Source: Woeseiaceae bacterium (GTDB taxonomy: Bacteria > Pseudomonadota > Gammaproteobacteria > Steroidobacterales > Woeseiaceae). Taken from it: a stretch of 64,000 bases of DNA. The stretch spans positions 475-64,474 of the forward strand of contig JBFFSI010000005.1 in the NCBI GenBank assembly GCA_041572475.1, given 5' to 3'. The notes beneath the pieces were generated by a model. It searched no databases. It saw nothing but the letters and a program-made list of their open reading frames with translations, and was not told the origin of the DNA. This document shows, piece after piece, positions 17,512 through 25,054 of the stretch (the first letter of the stretch is position 1; each line of letters opens with the position of its first letter). Position numbers and translations under genes: made by a program.

Positions 17512-18396
17512 ATGAGCGGGATGGCGAGCCGATGCCCTGACTGGTTCCGTAGCCTGCGGCGCGCGGAGGGTCTGCCCGCGGACTACGATACGGCGGCTCA
17601 CGAGGTGATCGAGCCCCTGGCTGGCCTTTTCGCGAGCCTCCGCGAGTCGGCCGCAGATCCGGTCGTTGTCGGGATCTGTGGCGCCCAGGGCTCGGGCAAG
17701 ACCACGCTCGCCCTGTTTCTCGAGACCTGGCTGCGTCGCGAGCATGATCTCGGCGTTGCCCGGTTGTCACTCGACGACCTGTACCTGACGAAGGCGGACA
17801 GGGAGCGGCTGGCGCTGTCGATCCACCCGCTGCTGAGAACGCGCGGCGTGCCGGGTACCCATGATGTGGGCCTCGGCATGCACCTGCTGGACGAGCTCAC
17901 CTCCGCGTCAGGGACCGTCGCCTTGCCCCGTTTCGACAAGGTGGCCGATGACCGTGCGCCCGAGTCCACGTGGCCGGTGCTTGCGACGCCGGTCGACGTC
18001 GTGCTGTTCGAGGGCTGGTGCGTCGGCGTGCGGCCGCAGTCCCCGGCGGCGGTCCTCGAGCCCGTCAATGAACTGGAAACCGACGAGGATCCCGATGCGT
18101 CCTGGCGCCGGTATGTCAACGACAGGCTCGCAACCGAATACGCGCGGCTCTTCGAAGTGCTCGATGCCCTGGTCCTGCTGCAGGTGCCGTCGTTTGCCAA
18201 GGTGCTGGAGTGGCGCGGGCTCCAGGAGCGCAAGCTGGCGGGGGCCGTCGATGACCGGCAGATGCTGCGCTTCGTCAGGCATTTTGAACGCCTGACGCGG
18301 CACACCCTCGAGACGATGCCGCGATATGCCGACGTGGTGATCGACGTCGACGAGGACCATCGGCTGGGTGAGATCGAGGTTCACGGCTGGAAATAA
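17512..18396 (+). CDS. P-loop kinase of the D-glycerate 3-kinase (GLYK, plant/cyanobacterial type) family
   Basis: GICGAQGSGKTTLA, LSLDDLYLT, GVPGTHDV, LPRFDKVADDR and VVLFEGWCVG match the GLYK signature blocks as I recall them. Confidence 0.65.
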   Translation: MSGMASRCPDWFRSLRRAEGLPADYDTAAHEVIEPLAGLFASLRESAADPVVVGICGAQGSGKTTLALFLETWLRREHDLGVARLSLDDLYLTKADRERLALSIHPLLRTRGVPGTHDVGLGMHLLDELTSASGTVALPRFDKVADDRAPESTWPVLATPVDVVLFEGWCVGVRPQSPAAVLEPVNELETDEDPDASWRRYVNDRLATEYARLFEVLDALVLLQVPSFAKVLEWRGLQERKLAGAVDDRQMLRFVRHFERLTRHTLETMPRYADVVIDVDEDHRLGEIEVHGWK

Positions 18397-18401
18397 AACG
18401 G

Positions 18402-18432
18402 TTGACAGCACATAACAGAACAACTATTCTGT
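18402..18432 (+). promoter_or_regulatory. tetR promoter (TTGACA-17 nt-TATTCT) overlapped by operator palindrome ACAGAA-N6-TTCTGT
   Basis: TTGACA at 18402-18407 and TATTCT at 18425-18430. Palindrome arms are at 18415-18420 and 18427-18432. The ATG at 18438 lies only 7 nt after the -10 and has no SD, implying a leaderless mRNA. Confidence 0.6.
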
Positions 18433-18437
18433 AATCC

Positions 18438-19022
18438 ATGGCAAGGACACGAGAATTCGATCCATCGACGGCGCTTGCGAAAGCGGTCGATGTCTTCGCG
18501 GCCAAGGGGTACTCGGAGACCTCGATGGAAGACCTCGTCCGGGCCACCGGGGTCAGCCGTTATGGTATCTACGGCACCTTCGGCAACAAGCGCGAGTTCT
18601 TCGAGCAGGCGTTGGAGCGGTACGCGGACAGCATGGGCCGGCAGGCGTTCCTGCGGCTGCTGGAGCCTGGCGCGAGCCTGGAGCACATCCGTGCCATCTT
18701 CATGGATCGCATCGCGGAGATGTGCGGTGCCAATCGCGCCAAGGGCTGCCTGTTCGTGCACACCGCGATGGAGCTGGCCGCACAGGACACGGAGCTGCAG
18801 GGCGTGCTGCAAAAATTCATGAAGCGCATGTCCAAGGCCTTCTCGGTCGGCCTCGAGTCGGCCAGGGAGAGGGGCGAGGTACGGCCGGACCTGGACGTCC
18901 GCAGGGCGGGGATCTACCTGACGACGACGATGTTCGGTCTCGCGGTGATGGTCAGAACCGGTTTTCCGCGCGAGACCTTGCACGACATCGTGGATTCGGC
19001 ACTGGCTTCGCTGACGGGGTGA
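18438..19022 (+). CDS. TetR/AcrR-family transcriptional regulator
   Basis: N-terminal HTH: AKGYSETSMEDLVRATGVSRYGIYGTFGNKREFF. Confidence 0.9.
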   Translation: MARTREFDPSTALAKAVDVFAAKGYSETSMEDLVRATGVSRYGIYGTFGNKREFFEQALERYADSMGRQAFLRLLEPGASLEHIRAIFMDRIAEMCGANRAKGCLFVHTAMELAAQDTELQGVLQKFMKRMSKAFSVGLESARERGEVRPDLDVRRAGIYLTTTMFGLAVMVRTGFPRETLHDIVDSALASLTG

Positions 19023-19037
19023 GTTTTTTTGAGTAAA

Positions 19038-19106
19038 ACAGAATGATCGTTCTGAATCACAGGGGCAAGCGGTCTTTTTTTGGGCAAAACAGAACGAACG
19101 TTCTGT
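19038..19106 (+). promoter_or_regulatory. Two further copies of the ACAGAA-N6-TTCTGT operator upstream of the small secreted-protein gene
   Basis: ACAGAA-TGATCG-TTCTGA at 19038-19055 and ACAGAA-CGAACG-TTCTGT at 19089-19106. The architecture is the same as the site in the tetR promoter. Confidence 0.55.
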
Positions 19107-19155
19107 GCAACGAACCCGGCGGACTATCCGCCGGACAACAAAGGGAGTAAGGAAG

Positions 19156-19488
19156 ATGATGAAACGAGTAATCCTGGTATCGATTGCTGCACTTGGCTTT
19201 GCCACCCACGCGGGCGCGGCGTCCGTTGACGAGGTGAAATACGACGGCGAAGTCAGGTCATGCGTCGCAGAAATACGCAATCACGTTGACTACGCGGGCG
19301 CGAGCCACGTCCGGCATGACGTGGTGCTGGTCAAGCCGAAGCTCCTCGGCTACGTCATGAGGATCGATACGGCAATCTACACCGAGACCGAAGGCGGCCC
19401 GGTGCGCGAGTACGCGAGCTATTGCGTCGTGAACGGCAATCATCGGCCGCTGAAGTTCGAGATTTCCGAAACGCTCGACAATTCCTGA
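19156..19488 (+). CDS. Small secreted protein of unknown function (likely TetR-controlled)
   Basis: AAGGAAG SD precedes ATG 19156. Signal peptide MMKRVILVSIAALGFATHAGA. About 110 aa; no family recognised. Confidence 0.6.
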   Translation: MMKRVILVSIAALGFATHAGAASVDEVKYDGEVRSCVAEIRNHVDYAGASHVRHDVVLVKPKLLGYVMRIDTAIYTETEGGPVREYASYCVVNGNHRPLKFEISETLDNS

Positions 19489-19553
19489 GAATGGCGGCTG
19501 GTATCGAGGGTCCGCCGGGGTAGCGCACGGCCTCGGCGGGCCCCGCCGGCGCA

Positions 19554-19608
19554 TTGAAATAAATAAGCCAGATCGATAAAGTCAGTGTTTTGGATAAGAT
19601 CTTCTTAT
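19554..19608 (+). promoter_or_regulatory. Candidate cbbR promoter (TTGAAA-17 nt-TAAAGT) and LysR-type T-N11-A box overlapping the start codon
   Basis: TTGAAA at 19554-19559 and TAAAGT at 19577-19582. The inverted repeat ATAAGA-TCT-TCTTAT at 19594-19608 contains T-N11-A and overlaps ATG 19607. Confidence 0.4.
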
Positions 19609-20509
19609 GCACCTGACTCTTCGGCAGCTGCAGTGCTTCGCCGCAGTGGCGAGGAACCGCAGCTTCACGCGAGCCGCCGACGAACTCCACCTGACACAGC
19701 CTGCCGTTTCGATGCAGGTGCGCCAGCTGGAGCAACAGACGGGCGTGACGGTTACCGAGCAGCTCGGTAAGCAGATCCATCTGACCGAGGCGGGCGAGGA
19801 GGTCTATCGCTACGCCCGGTCGATCCTGCAACAGGTCGCCGAAATGGACGACGTCCTGACGCGCCTGAAGGGGCTCACCGGCGGCAGGCTGAAGATCGCG
19901 GCCATCTCGTCCGCGAATTACTTTGCGCCAAAGCTCCTCGGTGTATTCCTGCAACGCTTCCCCGAGGTCGATGTCAGCATCAACGTCACCAACCAGTCCG
20001 CGGTCCTGAGGCAGGTTGCCGAGAACGAGGTCGACATGGCCATCATGGGCCAGCCGCCCAGGGACTCGAATCTCGACGCCATCCCGTTCATGGAGAATCC
20101 GCTGGTGATCATTGCGGCGCCCGGCCATCGTCTTGCCCGGCGCAAGTCGATCCCGCTCGCCGAGCTGGAGAGAGAGACCTTCCTGATCCGCGAGCCGGGT
20201 TCGGGCACGCGCGGCGCCATGCAGCGCTTTTTCCGCGAGCACAGGCGGAAGCTCAACACGGGCATGGAGATGGGCAGTCTTTCGGCGATCAAGCAGAGCG
20301 TGCAGGCGGAACTGGGCCTGGGGCTGGTGCCAAGGGGCGCCATCCAGGCCGAGTTACAGCTCGGCAACCTCGTGGAACTGAAGGTCCGCGAGCTGCCGAT
20401 TCAGCGTCACTGGTACGTGGTCCTGCACAAGGGCAAGCGCCTGTCGGTTGCGGCAGATGCGTTCAAGCTACTGTTGATCAACGAGGCCGAGGACCTGCTG
20501 TCGGCCTAG
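19607..20509 (+). CDS. cbbR: LysR-family transcriptional regulator, CbbR-like
   Basis: HTH LRQLQCFAAVARNRSFTRAADELHLTQPAVSMQVRQLE. About 300 aa, with overall resemblance to CbbR/RbcR. It neighbours prk and gph. Confidence 0.7.
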   Translation: MHLTLRQLQCFAAVARNRSFTRAADELHLTQPAVSMQVRQLEQQTGVTVTEQLGKQIHLTEAGEEVYRYARSILQQVAEMDDVLTRLKGLTGGRLKIAAISSANYFAPKLLGVFLQRFPEVDVSINVTNQSAVLRQVAENEVDMAIMGQPPRDSNLDAIPFMENPLVIIAAPGHRLARRKSIPLAELERETFLIREPGSGTRGAMQRFFREHRRKLNTGMEMGSLSAIKQSVQAELGLGLVPRGAIQAELQLGNLVELKVRELPIQRHWYVVLHKGKRLSVAADAFKLLLINEAEDLLSA

Positions 20510-21192
20510 GCGCGGCGTCGGCGGCGACAAAGCGCCGGGAGCTCCGCAAGCGTCGCGAGAAGCCAGTCGCCGCCCAGCTCCTCGACCGGCGTAATCGTGT
20601 AGCCGTGGCTGACAAGCGCACACGGCACATCCGCCGCTCGCGCCGTCTCGACATCCGTCCCGCTGTCGCCGACATAGAGAGCCTGTTCCGTCGTGGCGCC
20701 GAGCTTCGTGATAGTCGCGAGGAGCGGCGCGGGATCGGGCTTGGGCGGCAGGCCCGAGCCGTATCCCTGTACCGCATCGAAGCGATCTCGGACGCCGAGA
20801 TCGCCGAGTAACTTGGCGCAGAACGGATCCGGCTTGTTACTGCAGATCCCGAGCCGGATACCCATTCCGGCGACAGCTTCGAGACAAGGCTCGACATCGG
20901 GGAACAGTCGGCTCAGCGCGTTGCCGCCGGCTTCATAGTGTTCGTTGAAGGCCGCCGTCAGCCGCACGACGGTGCTCTCGCTCGCGTCGGCTGCGTGCAG
21001 CGCCAGCGCGCGCCGCACGAGAACCTTGGGGCCTGCCCCGATCATGGTCTTGACCGTGGCGAGGTCGACCGGCGCGACCGCGTCCTCTGCCAGCGCCTGG
21101 TTCAGGGCGTGCTGGATATCCGTCGCCGTGTCGGCAAGGGTGCCATCGAGGTCGAAGACGATGACGCGGGGCCAGGCTGCCTTGTTGGTCAT
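20506..21192 (-). CDS. gph: Phosphoglycolate phosphatase (HAD superfamily)
   Basis: HAD motif I VIVFDLDGTLADT and motif IV YVGDSGTDVETARAA. Its start codon shares one nt with the prk stop (TGATG on the minus strand at 21190-21194). Confidence 0.8.
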   Translation of the reverse strand: MTNKAAWPRVIVFDLDGTLADTATDIQHALNQALAEDAVAPVDLATVKTMIGAGPKVLVRRALALHAADASESTVVRLTAAFNEHYEAGGNALSRLFPDVEPCLEAVAGMGIRLGICSNKPDPFCAKLLGDLGVRDRFDAVQGYGSGLPPKPDPAPLLATITKLGATTEQALYVGDSGTDVETARAADVPCALVSHGYTITPVEELGGDWLLATLAELPALCRRRRRA

Positions 21193-22082
21193 CAGGCGAC
21201 CAGCCGGCCCCGGGATCGGCTGGCATCGATCATCCTCTGCAGGATCGGCATCAGGATGAGTTCCATGGCCAGCAGCATCTTGCCGCCTGGAACCACGATC
21301 GTGTTCCGGCGCGAGATGAACGAACGGTCCAGCATCGCGAGCAGGTACGGGAAGTTGATGTCGAATTTCGTCGGGTCGCGGAAGCGAATGACGATGAAGC
21401 TCTCCTCGGCCGTGGGGATATCGCGTGCGATGAACGGGTTGGAGGTGTCAACCGTCGGCACCCGCTGGAAATTGATGTCCGTGCGTGAGAACTGTGGCGT
21501 TATGTGGTTCACGTAGTCTTCCATGCGCCGCAGGATGGTCTTGGTCACGTCGACCTCGGCATAGCCGCGATCGGCGGTGTCGCGGTGTATCTTCTGGATC
21601 CACTCCAGGTTGACGATCGGAACGACGCCGATCAAGAGGTCGGCGAACTGCGCGACGTTGCATTCGCCCGTGACCATGGCGCCATGCAGACCCTCGTAGA
21701 GTAGCAGGTCAGCATCGCTCGGCAAATCCTCCCAGTCGGTGAACGTGCCGTTCGGGCTGCCGCGCTCGACCGCCTCTTCTTCGTTATGGATGTAATAGCG
21801 GCGTTTGCCCTTGCCCGATTCTCCGAACTCCTTGAACAGGGTGGCCAATTCGCAGAGCAGGTTGGCATCCGGGCCGAAGTGGCTGATGTTCCTGCCCTGT
21901 GCCTCGGCCCTGGCGATCGCCTCGCGCATCTCGGCGCGGTTATAGCGGTGGTAGCTGTCGCCCTCGATAATCGCCGAGTTGACGTCGAGGCGCCGGAAAA
22001 TGTGCTCGAAGGCCTTCTTGACGGTGGTGGTGCCGGCCCCGGAGGAACCGGTGACTGCGACGACTGGGTGCCGGGTAGACAT
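21192..22082 (-). CDS. prk: Phosphoribulokinase
   Basis: VAVTGSSGAGTTTVKKAFEHIFRR...IEGDSYHRYNRAEMR...NISHFGPDANL, the classic bacterial PRK N-terminus. 296 aa. Confidence 0.92.
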   Translation of the reverse strand: MSTRHPVVAVTGSSGAGTTTVKKAFEHIFRRLDVNSAIIEGDSYHRYNRAEMREAIARAEAQGRNISHFGPDANLLCELATLFKEFGESGKGKRRYYIHNEEEAVERGSPNGTFTDWEDLPSDADLLLYEGLHGAMVTGECNVAQFADLLIGVVPIVNLEWIQKIHRDTADRGYAEVDVTKTILRRMEDYVNHITPQFSRTDINFQRVPTVDTSNPFIARDIPTAEESFIVIRFRDPTKFDINFPYLLAMLDRSFISRRNTIVVPGGKMLLAMELILMPILQRMIDASRSRGRLVA

Positions 22083-22149
22083 GCTCGTTCTCCTCCCCTC
22101 GCGACGGCGGCAGGCTCCTCGCCGTCCTCGATCGCGTCGCGACAGGCGC

Positions 22150-22230
22150 TCAAATTAGCATTTCATTAAATAATTAAAACTAAATATTTTTTATTCATAC
22201 CATCAGAAAAAGCTTATGAATAGATCGCGG
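22150..22230 (-). promoter_or_regulatory. AT-rich island upstream of prk with inverted repeat TATTCATA-N15-TATGAATA
   Basis: About 80 nt of strongly AT-rich DNA sits in an otherwise GC-rich window. Inverted-repeat arms are at 22192-22199 and 22215-22222. The island lies between the sorB stop (22289) and the prk start (22082). Confidence 0.45.
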
Positions 22231-22288
22231 TACCGAGCCGGCCGGGGCAAATGCGGATTCGGGCGACGCTGGCTGACGCGCGGCGCGG

Positions 22289-22669
22289 TCAGTCAGGTTG
22301 TCGCGTAGGGGGCGCGTACGGGTTCGGTGGCATCAACGCCGGGGGGATCGCAGCGCGGCGTCGGTCCTCCTGGGGCGGGTAGTACTCGGCGAGGTAGCCG
22401 ACGATCCGCTGTTCGACCTCGGGCTCGAACAACCAGAGATTCTGCTTCGCCTGCATCCAGCGGATCATGTTCAGCCATTGGTCCGCGGTGCCACGCTGTT
22501 GCGTGATCAGCCGGGGCGAATGACAGGCGATGCAGTTAGCCCTGACCAGTTCCCAGTCGCCGGCCATTTTCAGCCCCGTAAACGCATCCAGCTCGGGGCC
22601 ATCGGCTCGCGCGGATACGCCAGCGGCCACCAGCACGAGCGACAGGACGAGCTGCTTGCCGCGTGGCAT
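22289..22669 (-). CDS. Monoheme c-type cytochrome, SorB-like partner of the sulfite dehydrogenase
   Basis: Signal peptide MPRGKQLVLSLVLVAAGVSARA and one CIACH heme motif. ATG 22669 lies 2 nt after the sorA-like stop (22672-22674). Confidence 0.7.
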   Translation of the reverse strand: MPRGKQLVLSLVLVAAGVSARADGPELDAFTGLKMAGDWELVRANCIACHSPRLITQQRGTADQWLNMIRWMQAKQNLWLFEPEVEQRIVGYLAEYYPPQEDRRRAAIPPALMPPNPYAPPTRQPD

Positions 22670-22671
22670 CG

Positions 22672-24006
22672 TCACACGACCTGCACAGCGATTCGGTGGC
22701 ATGCGTTGTTGAGATAACCCTTGGGATTCCAGCCCGGCAGGACCATCGGCTGCGACTTGCCCGCCTCGTCGGTGGCCCGGGCCCATATTTCGTAGTAACC
22801 CGGCCCGGGGAACTCCACCTCGGTCAGCCAGCGCTGCCAGGCGAATCGGTTGACCGGGCGGCGGAGTTCCGCCCTCTGCCAGGTGGCGCCGAAGTCGATG
22901 GAAACGTGCATGTCGCTGACGGCGAGATCGCCGGCCCATGCATGGCCACGCAATGCGAGAGGGCGACCGTGCGCATGCTCGAGGCCGGACCTCGGGAACG
23001 TGATCAGCGACTTGACCGGCATCGATTCGATGATGCACATCTCGTCGTCCGGAACGACGCTGCCCGGCGCCACCGGCTTGCACGGCACGCGATAGGAAGT
23101 GCCGGTCATCTTCGGGCCGTCGTGCACCTGGTTACGCACCACGATCTTCCTGAGCCACTTGCCGGCGACCGAGCCCGGCCAGCCGGCGCAGACCAGGCGT
23201 AGCGGGTAGCCGTTCATGTGCGGGATGTCCTCGCCGTTCATGGCCCAGGCGATCAGGGTCTCGTCCTCCATCGCCTTGGCGACAGGCACGCCGCGCGATA
23301 TCGGGACCTTGCCGGGGTCGCCGCTGGCGTGCGTGTCCGCCCCGTAATAGGCGACGTAGACCGCATCCTCGCCTATGCCGACGTATTCCAGGACGTCCCG
23401 GAGGCGCACGCCGGTCCAGGCCGGGCAACCGACCGCGCCGACAGACCACTGGTTGCCCGAGGCCGGCGGCACGAATTCACTGCGGCCATTGCCGCCGCAC
23501 TCGAGTTGCAGCTGGTAGGTGTAATGCTCGAACCGCTCCTTGAGCTCGGCCACGGTGAAGCGCATCGGCCGCTCGGCGGACTCGCCGCCAATCTCCAGCG
23601 TCCAGGCCTCGGGATCGATGTTGGCGGTGTTCGGCGGGGTGCCGTTGTTCCTGACGAACAGGTACCTGGCCGGCGTGACGTCGTCGTCGAGGAGATGCGC
23701 CGGTGTTTCGGCATTGACGGGCCTGTCGTTGAGGATGATCAGGCCTTCCTTGCCCGGAATCTGGAACGGCCGGGTCGTCTGCGCGATGGCCGCCGGTATC
23801 AGGCCGCCAGGCATGAGGTGTGCAAACGGGATAGAGGCGCCGACGGCGGCGGACATTGCTGCCAGGCCGCCCTTCGTCAGGAATCCGCGGCGGGTCATCG
23901 GGTTGACCTTGCGTCCCCAGACCAGTTCGTCCGCTTTGCCAGGATCTTCCGCGTACAGCGCGTGGATGCCGCGTTTCTTGAGTGCCACCTTCGCCCTCCG
24001 GTTCAT
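22672..24006 (-). CDS. Periplasmic molybdopterin sulfite dehydrogenase (sulfite-oxidase family, SorA-like)
   Basis: Twin-arginine signal MTRRGFLTKGGLAAMSAAVGA. Moco-Cys block LQLECGGNGRSE. C-terminal dimerisation-domain length is as expected. The start may be ATG 23898 (MTRRGFL) rather than 24006. Confidence 0.85.
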   Translation of the reverse strand: MNRRAKVALKKRGIHALYAEDPGKADELVWGRKVNPMTRRGFLTKGGLAAMSAAVGASIPFAHLMPGGLIPAAIAQTTRPFQIPGKEGLIILNDRPVNAETPAHLLDDDVTPARYLFVRNNGTPPNTANIDPEAWTLEIGGESAERPMRFTVAELKERFEHYTYQLQLECGGNGRSEFVPPASGNQWSVGAVGCPAWTGVRLRDVLEYVGIGEDAVYVAYYGADTHASGDPGKVPISRGVPVAKAMEDETLIAWAMNGEDIPHMNGYPLRLVCAGWPGSVAGKWLRKIVVRNQVHDGPKMTGTSYRVPCKPVAPGSVVPDDEMCIIESMPVKSLITFPRSGLEHAHGRPLALRGHAWAGDLAVSDMHVSIDFGATWQRAELRRPVNRFAWQRWLTEVEFPGPGYYEIWARATDEAGKSQPMVLPGWNPKGYLNNACHRIAVQVV

Positions 24007-24117
24007 GCGTTCTGCAGGAGCGGCTCGATGCCTATAAGCGCGCGTCCCGTCATGTTCGAACGAGGGGCCGCCACGACCACGGCGATGGCCGTGGCTGACC
24101 TCGACAATTGCTTTGGT

Positions 24118-24348
24118 TCAGGCTGCCGTGTGCTTGATCAGGAAGCGGTAGACGTCGTTGTCCACGGAGTGTTCAAGGAGTTCATTGCCGGTCTGCCGGC
24201 AGAATGCCTGGAAATCAGCCACGGCACCGGGGTCCGTGGCGAGGATTTCCAGGGTGCCGCCGGCAGGGACTTCCTTCAGTGCCTTCCTGGCCTTGAGGAT
24301 CGGCAGCGGGCAGTTCAGGCCCTTAGCGTCGAGAGTGTGGTCAGCCAT
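24118..24348 (-). CDS. tusA: TusA-family sulfur carrier
   Basis: 76 aa. LDAKGLNCPLPILKARKAL contains the CPxP active-site Cys motif. Confidence 0.88.
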   Translation of the reverse strand: MADHTLDAKGLNCPLPILKARKALKEVPAGGTLEILATDPGAVADFQAFCRQTGNELLEHSVDNDVYRFLIKHTAA

Positions 24349-24381
24349 TTACATGCGCTCCGGTGTTGTTGTTCGCTGTGG

Positions 24382-24921
24382 TCAGATAAACAGGTTGATA
24401 TCGGCTTGGGTCGCACACTCGATATACGTTGCGGCGCCACCGATATTAATGCCATCGATCATGTCTGCCTTGTCATACTCGAAAAGGTCCATGGTCATCT
24501 GGCAACCGATCAGGCGCACATCCGACTCCACGGCCATATCTCGCAGATCCTCGATCGACGCGACGCCCTTCTTCTTGATCAGGTTTTTCATCATGACCGA
24601 GCATGCAGCATCGACGCCCGGGACCGCCGTGAGCAAATTCGGCAGACCCATGTGCGCACCCATCATCGGCATCTTCATCGCCGGGTTGCCGGCGGCGGTC
24701 ACCTGCAGGTTGAGCTTCTTGAGCAGCAGCGGCAAACCGTAGAAGGTAAAGAACATCGTCACGTTCAGTCCCATCGCCGCCGCGGTCGTGGCAAGAATGA
24801 ACGGCGGGTAGGCCCAGTCGAGACTGCCCTTCGTGACGATGATCGTCATGTTTTTGGTTTCGGGAGCCGCAGCCGGCGCACCGCTGGCAGCGTCCTGGAC
24901 GGCTTGTGCTTCACTGGACAT
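24382..24921 (-). CDS. DsrE/DsrF-family sulfurtransferase, DsrE3-like
   Basis: DsrE fold length after a 25-aa low-complexity N-terminus. Conserved-looking RLIGCQMTMDLF Cys segment. An AAGGGGTGA SD precedes the ATG at 24921. Confidence 0.75.
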   Translation of the reverse strand: MSSEAQAVQDAASGAPAAAPETKNMTIIVTKGSLDWAYPPFILATTAAAMGLNVTMFFTFYGLPLLLKKLNLQVTAAGNPAMKMPMMGAHMGLPNLLTAVPGVDAACSVMMKNLIKKKGVASIEDLRDMAVESDVRLIGCQMTMDLFEYDKADMIDGINIGGAATYIECATQADINLFI

Positions 24922-25054
24922 CGATAATCACCCCTTGTAGATATATGGATCAGGCGATCCAAACAGCATATTAGTATATCAGAATTGTCTTTATTAGTTT
25001 AATGGAATACTCTGGCTCGCCTGCCTGAATTGTACCGTCAACGCGTTTGGATTT
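24922..25054. promoter_or_regulatory. AT-rich divergent control region between dsrE3-tusA-sorAB and the lipoate-assembly/sHdr run
   Basis: The only sizeable AT-rich gap in the island. It contains GGATC-AGGC-GATCC (24947-24960) nested in GATATA...TATATC, and a possible + strand promoter TTGTCT-17 nt-TACTCT (from 24986). Confidence 0.45.

Noticed and set aside
19607-22082. Calling this a cbb (Calvin cycle) operon.
   Set aside because: Only cbbR, gph and prk are present. RuBisCO and the other cbb genes are not in the window, so autotrophy is inferred, not shown.
22289-23083. A 264-aa ORF overlapping the 3' end of the sorA-like gene.
   Set aside because: Only the last 126 codons (from ATG 22669, right after the sorA stop) look like a protein, with a signal peptide and a CIACH heme motif. 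The upstream part is Arg/Gly-rich shadow sequence overlapping sorA.
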